Shown in pieces: positions 1-12,135 of a DNA stretch of 64,000 nt. Source of the DNA: Lepidodermella squamata (taxonomy: Eukaryota; Animalia; Gastrotricha); assembly GCA_047495785.1 (NCBI GenBank), contig JBLDXI010000013.1:2046001-2110000 (forward strand), given 5' to 3'. A program made the position numbers and the translations under genes. Position 1 is the stretch's first letter. The number at the start of each line of letters is the position of its first letter. The notes below the pieces were generated by a model that worked only from the letters and a program-made list of their open reading frames with translations, had not been told where the DNA came from and did not search any database.

Positions 1-891
1 GAACTATTCTTCCATGCCTTATTCGATCAGAATCTTTTCTATCGCTTATGGAAGTAGCCTTTGAAGTCCTGTGGCATAAAAACCTCCCATTCGTGATTCA
101 TGAGTTCACTCATCTTAACATTGTGTTTCAAGTAGTAAGTTAATCTTTGACCTGCGCGCTGATTGGTCAATTTATTGTTGCTATGACTCAGGGATGAAAC
201 TATTTTGTCGCGCGATCCACTAAACCTTTTTTCTTTTGCAATTTCATTATTTTTTTTAAAGAAACACGTGTTTATTTTTTCATGATTCTCAGCTTCTTCA
301 TTTTATTCATTTCCTTACTTTTGTCTACCGAAGGATTTACTCGATCTTCGAAGGTTCGCTGTATGCGAATACGAAACCCGAATTGGATGAATTTGATATC
401 AAATTGAAGCTAGAGATCTGATCTATCTAGCTGTGAAATTAGAATACTGGGTGCCATTATGTTCTTGAAGACATTCAACGTTTTAGTTGACTGGTTGTTC
501 GGGAAGTTTCTTCTGATTTTACCTACAATAATGTTTATTTTTCAACAAATAACTACTAAGGAATTATTCTATTACTTTTAGTCTTCGCTAATTTCATCAT
601 TTCATCATTTTATTTCGACCTTTCTACCATTAATGTCTCAATTATCAGTTTTTTTTGTTAGGAATAATGTGAGTTATTCCAACATCATAGCATAGGGATT
701 CCACGCGCCCAGAATTTCAAGACATCTATTCATCCTAGTTCAATGGTGTTTTACTTCAAGAAATGTACTAAAAGATGAATCAACCACGGCTTCTGAATAC
801 CCATGAAGCAGGCGGGAGGCATTGACTGAAAGGGATTGATTGCAAGTCCGCAGGTGAAGTAACAAATTTCCGCACACATTTTTGCCATATT

Positions 892-3004
892 ATGTTGCCC
901 TACTTCGAATTTCTAATCGTATTTGCTAGTTTTGCTCTCGTCAAAGCTTACCCTCAGTATGCTGACCAAATTCCGAACGGTCGGAAGGTGCCTAATCCAT
1001 GCAAGCCATCTATGCTATGGACAGGCGTCGGCCATGAGCGTGTCCAAGGCCAGGGTCCTCTGAATAAATTCGGACAAGCCTTCCTAAGCGCAGGTAAAGC
1101 TTGGAACACCGGTCTTTGCCAACAGGACAGTGACGGGGATGGCAGGACGAATGGCGAAGAGCTCGGCGATCCTAACTGCCAATGGCAACCAGGTCAGCCT
1201 AACCCCACACCAAGTGGAATGATGTCGAGCGTTAGTCACCCTGGAATTTGCGAGCCAATCAATTCAGCAAAATGTCAATCACTGAACGGGAAATTTCTGG
1301 AAAATGTCGAAGGTTGCTCCAAGGCTTCGGCGACAGACTGGTGCCCGCCTGTTTACGATCCTAGGCTAAATGTCCGCAACATAACGATGCTTTACAACAG
1401 CGTTGAAATCCCATCTGATCAAACTACATACTTTTGCCAGCAATTTGACCTTCCTGGAGACACTGAATATTCAATAATTGCCGTAAAAATATCGAAAAGT
1501 TTAGACATTTTTTTAAGATTTTTTTTTTTTTACAGTGGGAACCGATTATTGATAACCAAGAATTGTTGCATCATTTAGTTTTGTACTCGTGTAACTCGCT
1601 GAAAGAAGAAAGCATTCTAGCCGATTCTTACACCACAGCTAGCGTTTGTGGTATGACTCCATTGAGTGAATTGAAAAAGTAGGTTTTCGAGAAATCGCTC
1701 CTCAATTCCAAATTTTTCCAATTAAATAGGAATGCCTGTGGCAATATGGTTGCTGTATGGGGATTCGGGGTTACCGAGAAGAGATGCTACAGCAGTGAAG
1801 TTGCCATTGAAATGGGCACTAACACCTTCCGAAAAGTCATCGTCAATCTTCACTACAACAATCCGAGTCTGAAATCAGGCCAACTCGATTCGAGCGGCAT
1901 CAGGATTTATTACACAGAGGCAGCTAGGTTGAGGCGACCTTACAAGGCAGCTATGCTCGCGTTAGGCCAGACTGACATCGCCCTCCCGCCTGGCTATCCG
2001 GACATCAGCGTCAATGCTCTGGCCTTCAACAATGATTCAGACTGTAGCCGGAAGTATTTGAAGCCCTACTCGACGTATTACCTATCCGCGATTTACTTCC
2101 ATATGCACATGATCGGATGGCATGCTAAGGCGATAGTTCGCCGGGCCGATTCGAACAAAATTGATACGATTATCGATGAAGATGTCACCTATGACCGGCC
2201 CGTGATTAAAGTTTTCAACGATCGATACTCGACAATAACTATCAACCCAGGGGATGAATTATTTGCTGGTAAACAAATTTTCGCAATTTTACTGGAAAAT
2301 TAAAAGAAATTCATCGCCAGAATGCACGTATAGGACAATTGGAAAGCAGGGTTACACATTTTTCGGGCCCGAAACCAGCGATGAAATGTGTATAGCTTTC
2401 ATCGAAGTCTATCCAAGGCCCAATGATACCAACTACCTCGGGCTATTCAGCTTTAATGAAGTAATGTTTGACTTAAAATCAGCGCTTATAGCTCGAACTA
2501 TTTGTTTCACAGGCTAACAAGTGTACTTCACAAACTGGTACACTTTCCGGTTGCGATTTCACGGCTTTTTCAGCTACAATGCTGTATCTGTATGCGGTTG
2601 GTGGAACTCAAGATATATTGGCAGCTTGTCTGGGATCCTTAGCAACATTCCCGAATGGAACTTGCAACCCGAGATGCCGAGCGTAATTAAAATTTCAAAT
2701 TTCCACCTATTGAATACAGTTTTTTCATTTTTCCAGAGGATTGGATAGGTACAACTTACTGAGAGAACCTTGCATAATGAGTTCCGTGTTCCGGAACTAC
2801 ATAATGAGCGCTGATGTAGACCTGAAGCAAGCTTACGAAATTCAATGGACACTAGTGCCTTGTCTGTCCATTCGAAGGCAGGACTATCCGCAAATCAAAG
2901 ATGTGGCCTACGTCCGAATCCCGCCAAGCTATTCGACTGGCTTAAACCAAGCTCCATCCTTCGTGTTTATAACACTTTGTTCCTTTATTATTTTGATGTT
3001 TTAA
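892..3004 (+). CDS. Temptin-domain copper type II monooxygenase (DBH/MOXD1-like), paralog 1; 6 exons, probably GPI-anchored
   Basis: Signal peptide MLPYFEFLIVFASFALVKA; temptin motifs YPQY..QIPNG..VPNPC, GVGH, DSDGDGRTNGEELGDP, SHPGICEP; CuH ligands LLHHL and LHYNNP; CuM ligands FHMH and DEMC; hydrophobic C-terminus. Introns 1483-1535, 1679-1729, 2269-2320, 2461-2512, 2683-2736 keep the frame. Confidence 0.9.
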
Positions 3005-3353
3005 GATAGCCGAGTGAATTTTCATGGAATAAAGTTTGCATGAGAACATTTCTAAAAAAAGTTTTACGTTAAATTGAGCGACGTGGTTGTTGAGGTTAAA
3101 GCGATGTAGGGCAAAAAATTTAGCAGCGCATGTCGCGCGACCTGGTAATAGATGACTTATACTTGGTACCTTAACGGTATACGTGATAATTTTCAACTGC
3201 GCGTGTTGGCACTTGGTATAAACGCGGCGTCCAACACTTTTCTACCCTCCATCTTGATGGGGTGTCATTGGGAATCAGGTTAAGCGGCGATCATGCGCTT
3301 ATATAAAGGCGCCCTCCACCTTAACATTTTATACCTATCAATTTGTATTCAAA

Positions 3354-3800
3354 ATGCTGAGATTTCTGCTTTTGTTGTCCATCGTTTCTCTTGCCTTTTG
3401 CCGCCCGGAATTTCAGAATGAAATCCCGAATGGCGGTTCAAATCGATCCTTGCGATGGCGATCTGACATGGCTGGGTGTTGGTCACGTGATTGTCGAAGG
3501 TCATGGCGCGTTCAATTCATTCGGCCGCGATTTCCTAGAAGCAAGAAACCGATGGACGGTATCACTTTGTCGAGAGGACAGCGATGGCGACGGCCGAACT
3601 AACGGCGAAAAACTAGGCGACCCTGATTGCCTATGGAAAAAGGGCTGGCCGAACCCTGAAGGCGATGTCAGTCACCCTGGTGTATGCGAACATATCACTC
3701 AGACTTCTGTCGTGAGCGAAACCGCTTCCCGGAGAAAATCGACACTTGCAGTGTGGCTCTCAAAATTAATACCAATGATTGGTGCCCTCAACTGAAAACC
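3354..3800 (+). pseudogene. Frameshifted, truncated temptin(-monooxygenase) paralog
   Basis: Signal peptide + RPEFQNEIPNG in one frame; DPC..WLGVGH..DSDGDGRTNGEKLGDP..SHPGVCE in a second; ..DWCPQLK in a third (frameshifts near 3435 and 3690). It then stops abruptly at the inverted copy of paralog 1. TATA-like TATATAAAG at ~3300. Confidence 0.8.
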
Positions 3801-4260
3801 AGGCTGACCCGGCTGCCATTGGCAGTTAGGATCGCCGAGCTCTTCGGCATTTGGCCTGCCATCGCCGTCACTGTCCTGTTGGCAAAGACCGGTATTCCGG
3901 ACTTTACCCGCGCTTAGGAAGGCTTGTCCGAATTTATTCAGAGGTCCCTGGCCTTGAACTTGCATGGATTAGGCACTTTTCGACCGTTCGGAATTAGGTC
4001 AGCATACTGAGGGTATGATTTTACCTGGGCAAAACTCGCGGCAACTAATTATAAACGCCCGAAGTAGGGCAACATGATAATGCGAAAATTTGTGCGGGAA
4101 TTCGTATACTTCAGCTGCGGACTTTCCAAATCTTTATTCAATCGATGCCTCCCGCCTGCTTCATTCATGGGTATTCAGAAGCCGTGGTTGATTCATCTTT
4201 TAGTACATTTCTTGAATTAAAACACCATTGAACTAGGGATGAATACATGTCTTGAAATTC
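3801..4260 (-). pseudogene. Inverted partial duplicate of paralog 1 upstream region and 5' coding sequence (source ~712-1200)
   Basis: Reverse complement matches 712-1200, e.g. QGQGPLNKFGQAFLSAGK..GLCQQDSDGDGR..EELGDPNCQWQPGQP and upstream gaatttcaagacat..gaatacccatgaa. An internal deletion of ~35 bp removes the W.GVGH codons. Confidence 0.9.
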
Positions 4261-4928
4261 CGGCCTGTCGATATCACATTATTCTGTTCTGTTGGACTAT
4301 GATGAACTTGTGGAATGAACTGCATTTTGCTTAAAAAATTGATAATTCAACATTCTTCCTGGGTCCTGGGGCAATGCATGTAAAAGCCTTCCAAGCCTAT
4401 GCTTAGAAACGGTCCTAAGGCTGGAACTAGCTGGATATGACTCCAATGGAAGAAATTGGCTCTTCTGGTTTGTTAGTCTGATTTACAAGTTTCTTTGTAT
4501 GTAGTCCAAATGGTTTATCAAAGATCCACCGTAAAAGTAGATAAGCGATTCCTCAATTGTCAATTGCCGCAGGTATCTCTATGGTTCTGGCTTTAATTCA
4601 AAAGTTCACGTGTTCACGTTGTTTCTCATTTCAAGTTGAAATAACTCAAAGTGAACCCACGAACATGAACTTCGTCATCCCTCGGGCTTCAAACCTCACG
4701 TCGGATACCTATTTCTGATTCGATATGAGGCATGAAAGAATGGTTGCCCGGAATTCTTCATTGTTTTTGTTGCACAGCCCTTGTTGCCTATCAAAAAGCA
4801 AGAATATTTGTCAAAAATAAACGCCGGCTGGTTTATTGATTCAAGGGGTTATCTAATAAAGAAAAGCGTGCACAAGTCAAAAGCAGGTGGGTCATCAGAT
4901 GATATCCATGCAGATAAGGCTCAAACTG

Positions 4929-5348
4929 TCACTGGGTGTTATTATTGTTACCGAGCTGAATGACCTTAACAAAAGATCCTTTCGAACAAGCGCAATAGCA
5001 ATTTCCGGTTTCGTAATCGGCCGAACTTAATTCGGCAATGGCCTCGCTCGCCGGGATCAGAGATCCCACGCCAAATGGGCCACTTGAGCCACCAGCGCCA
5101 CCGAATCCACCAGGTCCACCGAATCGACCAGGCCCCTCAGCTAGGTTGCCCGGCGAGCCGTTTTCGTTTCTTGGTGGTGGTTTGGCCAGGCAATAGCATT
5201 TGCACGCATCATAAAGAGTTACATTCATCGCTGGTCTGCTGGGGCGAGGATCGTTGATGTTGCTACTTGTTGGCGCAGAGTAAGCTTGGCTGATGGCGAG
5301 AGCGACCACCAAGGCGGCAGCCATGGAAGAGAATGAAGCGTAAGTCAT
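4929..5348 (-). CDS. Small secreted Cys/Gly-rich protein (139 aa), unknown family
   Basis: Single-exon ORF; signal peptide (..AAALVVALAISQAYS); CKCYC and CYCAC motifs flank a Gly/Pro-rich loop. Confidence 0.75.
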   Translation of the reverse strand: MTYASFSSMAAALVVALAISQAYSAPTSSNINDPRPSRPAMNVTLYDACKCYCLAKPPPRNENGSPGNLAEGPGRFGGPGGFGGAGGSSGPFGVGSLIPASEAIAELSSADYETGNCYCACSKGSFVKVIQLGNNNNTQ

Positions 5349-6624
5349 AGTTCAAGATTTTTGTCGAAATGTTGAACGATGAATTTAGCCGCTTCAACCT
5401 GCTCATTAAATACCCTGAGCAGAAGCAATCATCCTTGCCAAATTGATATTGGTGTGAAATTTCACCTATTTTTTTCGCAATAAAAAAAAACGCGGCTGCA
5501 ACGAACCGGAATGACGCCGTTCTTTTTACACTTCAAGGTGTGTTTGGCGTACTCGATGTAGAAAAATCGTGCCGTAACGAAAATATAGCACGAGCCTGGA
5601 GCAAAAAACTGTCATTCGTGAACTTGGTGAACCTTGTATTTCCAATTTTACTTGAACTTTTATTTTCTTCCAGGTATAAGGCTGTGCTTTTCACACCTTT
5701 TTTATTTGAATTTTCATTACGGGCGAAACAAATAATTTCTCAAATAGTTTTTTCTCTCCTCTACGGGGGTTTCGATCGAGAAGTGCATCAAATTATTTCG
5801 AAATGTTCGAGCTTGGTTAAAATTTGGCTTATTTGCAGATCCCCCTAGAAAAGGGAACGACGAGTCAAATTTCCGACCTTCGAAGATGCCTACAGAGTCT
5901 ACTCCCACATGAACCTCTGTTTGAAAGAAATAAGGAGCACTACAACCACCAGACCTAACCGCAGAAGAAAATGAACGGATTGCTAATAACCAAACAATTT
6001 ATATACTCCTTTGAAGATTTTCCCGAGTGAACAATTTTCTTAAATTAATAAAAACCTTCAAGGTTTTTTTTTACAAGAATAACTTTTTCCGACTGCTCAA
6101 TCGGGAATTTAAGGATAACACTTTTAGGGAAGGTAAATATGACTGTCAGCTGTGTATCTGCCTGCGAAAAATTCAACCAATCGGAAATCGGAATAGAATA
6201 TTCGATTTTTTCAATCGAGTCATTTTGCCAATAAACCCAACAATTTTAGCAAAATGAATGGTTAGCTATTATCATCAAATATCAGGTTTGAAATTTCAAA
6301 TAATTTCACCTCAAACGTAGTGATGCAAACAATTGTTATGATGTTTAATTACCCCCACATCATTTTTTGTCGCTCACTTCTTTAACTTTTATCTTAATGT
6401 TTACTCAACAAGTCGCTTGGCCTTACCACTGATGTATAAAATTACCTGCCTGCCGCCCACCACCGGCACTAGTGTAGGAGTGAATACGCTACATGTTAAG
6501 CATCAATGAAGAGACTACAAGCTTGAAATTTGGATTCATCAAGATTGCCTTCAGAGGGTCTTGAAAACGCGCCTTGGACACCAAACAATTTTTTTTTATC
6601 TAATAGGGTAGAGTATACGAAGTG

Positions 6625-9171
6625 ATGCAGTTTCGATATTACCCTTTAATAGTATTACTGCAATTTTTTCACTCATCAACCGCTTTTCCCGAGTATGCAG
6701 ACTCAATTCCAAATGCGCGAAGTGTCGTTAATCCCTGCAACACAAACCTGAAATGGGCTGGTTTGCCTTAAAAAATTCATTTTTACGGCATTTTAAGGAG
6801 GTTTAATTACCAGGTGTTGGCCACGAGAGATCAGGCGGGCAGGGCCCTCTAAACAAATTCGGCCAAGACTTTGTCAGAGCTGGCAAGTCTTGGACGGTAT
6901 CTCTATGCCGGCTCGACAGCGATGGGGATGGCAAAACCAACGGAGAAGAGCTTGGAGATCCGTGGTGCACATGGACATCAGGCCAATCAATCACCTCCAA
7001 TCAAATAATGAGTAGCATGATATCCCACCCTGGCATCTGCGAGCCGATCAATTCTCCCCGTTGCAAGGCCCTGAATGGCGATTTCGTCTACAACATCCCC
7101 GAATGCGCGACTTCGAAAACAGCTTGGTGCCCTGAGATTTACAATCCTAGTCTCCAAGTAGATACTAGAACTCTGTCTTTCAATAATTATCAAGTACCCG
7201 CAGTTCAAACCACCTACGCTTGTTTACAATTCGACCTACCTGGCGATATTGACTACACATTGCTAGCAGTAGGTTTCTTAATTACCTGAATTTCGTACTA
7301 CAGCGTGTCCCACAAGTTGCGCAACCATTTCAGTTTCGGAATTTTTTTAATTTGTTTAAAGTTTTTTTTTATTCAATTTTTAATTAATTTAATTGAAATT
7401 AATTTAGTTTTTCAATTTAAAAAAAATCACTTTATTAATTCAAGCCCATTGGAGGAATCTTCCATCCATTACCAAAGGAATAAACAATTTACCGGAGAAA
7501 ACCGTGAAAACCCCGATGGTAACTGGTTCGGTAATTTTCGGTTTTTACCTGGTTGCATCACATTTCTTCGGATTTTTTAATCCTATTTACAAGAGACATA
7601 CTTGATTACCATTCTTATGGCATTTTACATTTTTCTGAGATTTTTCTTGCTATGAGAAGATGTGACTTCCCCTCTCATTTTAGAGTTTCTGATCCCTTTT
7701 CCGTGCGATGCTCATACGACTCGCTGTATTCTATTTTTCAGTATGAACCCTTGATTGACAATCAAGAGCTGGTCCACCATGTTATTTTATACACCTGCAA
7801 CTCTCTGCATGAAGAAGATCGACTCGGGTACCAGTATCTCACGCCAGGCGAGTGTGGCATGACTCCGGTTTGCTGGAACATGGCTATTGGCTGGGGCTTC
7901 GGATCTGGAAATGGCCGGTGCTACAACGATAATGTCGGAGTTACCATGGGCAGGAGCACGTTTCGCAGGGTTCTGTTGCAAATCCACTACAACAACCCAA
8001 GATACAAGTCAGGCCAAAAAGATTCATCCGGGCTGAAACTATACTACTCCCCTGCCCATGTCGCAAGGCGCCAGTACAGCGCTGCGATGGTTGGTTTCGG
8101 CCAGAATGATATCGGATTACCGCCGGGTATGCCGGAAGTTAGCATCCAGTCGTGGGCGTTCACCAACAGCTCGGCGTGTAGTCGAGCAAAATTGAAGCCT
8201 CATTCCAAGTTCTACGTTTTGTCGATGATGTTCCACATGCATATGCTAGGGTACCATGCGAAACTGGCGATTCGGAAAGCTGGTACCAACACCTGGGTCA
8301 CGGTTGTTGATGATGATGTGACATATGATAGACCGAAGATAATCTTCTTCAACGACCAAAGCAAAGCTCCAGTAATCGAGCCTGGGGACGATTTATTCAT
8401 TGGTAATTTTCGATAAAAAAATGGGTCGAATTTGTTCATTTGATTTTAAATAGAATGCACTTACCGAACCGCTGGCATGAATTCTCACACTTTTTTCGGC
8501 CTTGAAACAATCGATGAAATGTGCATAGCTTTTTTCGAAATCTACCCTCGTCCCGATGAAAGAAATTACTTGCCTCTGTACAATTTTGGCGATGTAAGTC
8601 TTGATATTTCATTTATCTCTCCACCTCAAATATTTGTTTTTAGATGGGAGACTGTATGGATATTCCGAACGAAGTGACTAATGTGACGACAAAGGAAATG
8701 TACGGCTGTGATTTGAAGCCTTTCATGGACTCTCTTGAGCTCATCAGCACTACAGCTGAATCAGGCCGAAAGTTCAACGACAGCTGCTATTCAAACACCC
8801 AGGATAACATTTGCCGAAAACAATGCGCAATGTAAGCAAATTTTCAAAATCTCGATTTTCGGACTTTGAATTTTTTACTTTGTAGCGAGTTGGATAAGTA
8901 TAATCTACGGAATAGTTCTTGCATGCTTGGAACAGCTTTTCGCTACTACGCCAAGCGATCGATCGCCAATCTTGTCGATGTTTATAAGCTGCAATGGGGG
9001 ATCCTCCCTTGTTTGAATGTGAAACAGGCGAATTTTCCAAAAGTCAAGAATTCCTGGTACATAAGACCGGCGAGAAGTAGTTCGCCTTCAAACTATGCAG
9101 CTCTGCTTCAGATTCTTGCTTTGATAACTTTTTACTGTTGTGATTTCAACAATATTTTACTATTATTTTGA
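6625..9171 (+). CDS. Temptin-domain copper type II monooxygenase, paralog 2
   Basis: ATG 6625 MQFRYYPLIVLLQFFHSSTA-FPEYADSIPN; GVGH, DSDGDGKTNGEELGDP; VHHVI, QIHYNNP, FHMH, DEMC; hydrophobic tail. Large intron 7269-7741; other introns ~50-55 bp. Confidence 0.9.
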
Positions 9172-9436
9172 AATAAAAAAATGAAAAAATTCCTGACACG
9201 AATTTCCAAAAATGATTGTATTACTCCACAATCGGCTTTAGATACTTGACCGCAAAAGTAACGCGGTGAATTGATAGAGGCAGGTCTAGGTCATGAGTTC
9301 GCGAACATTCTCCTTCAATATCCACTTGTTCTCCTTTATACTACACGCAATGTTTACAGAACGTTTTTTACTAAGTAAATATTGAGGAGCTTATAGTCTT
9401 TGCTTTAAGCCTTCTCAAGCCTATATAGACAACAAC

Positions 9437-11651
9437 ATGGAGAAAGTTCTGCTTTTTCTTATTGGCTGTGTTCTTACACTCTACGATGCTAATCCCACGG
9501 AGGCTTTCCCAGAATTCCTGGATTCGATTCCGAATGGGAAAAATGTTATCAATCCTTGTGATCGCAATCTCAAATGGGCAGGTAATTAGTTTCGTTCTTC
9601 TTTAATCCCATTAATAATCCTATTCCCATATTTTCAAGGCGTTGGTCATGAGTTAGTTGGCGGGCAAGGCCCTTTGAACAAATTTGGCCAAGACTTCCTC
9701 AAAGCCGGTAAAAACTGGACTCAGTGGCTATGCAAGCAGGACAGTGACGGTGATGGTCGGACAAATGGAGAGGAATTAGGCGACAAAAGTTGTACCTGGA
9801 AACCAGGTCAATCCGACCCGGTTTCGACTGGCATAACGCATCCTGGAATTTGCGAACCAATTGATTCCGATAAATGCAAGACGTTGAATGGCGAATTTCT
9901 TAAGCAGGTACCTGGCTGCTCGTCACCGAACAATACGTGGTGTCCGGCGATCAATAACTCGAGTCTTCAAGTCCAGACGAGAACCCTGATGTTTAACAAT
10001 TATTCCATACCAGCGCTTCAGACGACATATGCCTGTCAGCAATTTACATTATTTACGGACGATGCCGATTATTCTTTGATTGGGGTACGTATTAGTTCAA
10101 TTACTAGCCTAGGGTTAAGGGGTCAAGTCGGTGGGAAAACATAAAAAATGATCGATTAATTTTAGAATTTTTTTAGAACATTTTCGGATTTAATTTGTAA
10201 TTTAGAATTGAAAAATGAATTAATGTTTTATATGTGTCATTTTTATTAATTTCCAGTTCGAATCAATCATCGATAATCAAGAGCTTACGCATCACATCCT
10301 TATATACTCCTGTCACCCTGGCGATGAAGAAGGCAATCTTGGTAATAAATATCAGACCCCCGAGGAATGCGGAATGACCCCAGCCTGTTGGAGCATGTCC
10401 ATCGGCTGGGGATTCGGTCACCGGAAAGGCCGGTGCTACAACAACGATGTCGCCGTAACCATGGGCAAGAGTACCTATCGAAAGGTTGTCATGCAGCTTC
10501 ACTACAACAACCCAAGGCTGAAAAGTGGCCAGCGAGATTCCTCTGGAATACGCCTTTATTTCTCCCCGGCTTCGGTCGCTAAGCGTCAGTACAGTGTTGC
10601 GCTGTTAGGCTTCGGCCAGAGCGATATTCATCTGCCGCCAGGAATGCCTGAAGTCAGCATTCAGTCGTGGGCATTTGTCAACAGTTCGCGATGCAGTACT
10701 GTCAGGCTGAAGCCATATCCGAAATACTACTTGAATGCTGTAAATTTCCATATGCATTTGATCGGTTATCACGCAAAGCTGGCAATTAGGAAGGCAGCGA
10801 CAAAATCGATGATCACTGTCATAGACGAAGATGTAACCTACGACAGGCCGAAGTTGGTTGAATATTCTGATAGAAGCAAAGCACCTGTAATCGAACCTGG
10901 CGACGATATTTTCATCGGTTGGTTTTTTCGCGTTGATTTTATGTGAAAACAGTCATGAATTTTAACAGAATGCACTTATCGAACGAATGGGACTACAACA
11001 CACAAGTTCTATGGGCCGCATACGTCGGATGAAATGTGCATTGCTTTCATCGAGGTCTACCCGCGACCCCAGGATCTCGACTTTTTGAGCCTATTCAACT
11101 TTGGTGATGTAAATTAAAAGGGCAATTCAAAGCTCCTTTTTTAATTTGTTCCATATTTTCTAGCTCAGCGAATGTATGGACAACGACGTTTACCCTTGCA
11201 ATCTGACTTCATTCTCGCCAGCCATGGAGCGTCTGATTTCAAATTCGACCTTGTTCGGGCAATTCAATTCTAGTTGTTATTCCGACAAAATTGGCGCTGA
11301 TTGCTCTGCTAAATGCGGAAGGTATGAAAAGGTTATTTTATTTCGAGAAAATTTCCACTGATTTTTTCTAGTGAGCTCGATAAGCATGGCTTGCGGAACC
11401 ATTCATGCATGCTTGGGCCTGTTTTCCGATACTACGTCCAAAAAATAGCCCCTCATCTTTCGGAAGCGTTCAAGCTCCAATGGGGTGTCATCCCGTGCCT
11501 AAATATTGAACAACGAAATGCTAATGCTATCATCAATCCGTGGTATATTAGACCAACGATGCAGGTCAACATCGCAGCCAGAAATAAGGCTTACAGTCTA
11601 TTTGATTTGTTTGCATCCGCAATATTTTTGATCATTTTCAATAAACTATAA
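9437..11651 (+). CDS. Temptin-domain copper type II monooxygenase, paralog 3
   Basis: ATG 9437 MEKVLLFLIGCVLTLYDANPTEA-FPEFLDSIPNG; DSDGDGRTNGEELGD; THHIL, QLHYNNP, FHMH, DEMC; hydrophobic tail; intron 10085-10256. Confidence 0.9.
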
Positions 11652-12135
11652 TTATTACTGCGATGGCGTATTTTTTGTTACTGAATTATTTAGTAGCTTT
11701 CAGGGATGAATGCTGACTCAAGCTTGTCCGCCTTTTTGCAGCATAGTTCAAAAATAGTCGCAAATTAGTCATCCGGCAAAATCGAAGTATCGAGGCGCAG
11801 ACATTCAATGAATCGTTGTTTGCAGGTTGAATAAAGATTGATATCGAAAGAGCGAGCATAAGTTTTATCTATTCCGGAAGAATTAATAATTCAAACCATA
11901 GCGCATCGATCGCAGAACTCGATCATGTTTTTTCGAGCCCACGCTGATGATTTATGCAAAATTTGATGGTCGTTTTTTTCTTTTTGCCAAGACCATTTGA
12001 GCCCATTGAATACCCAGCTCGAACCTTAATTTGGACGATTCGAGCACAATTTCATTCCCCCTCAGCAATTTGAGATTAATTATGAAACTAATTGTTTTTC
12101 GATTAAAGGCGCTCCTCGTCTTAGATTTCTCAGTT

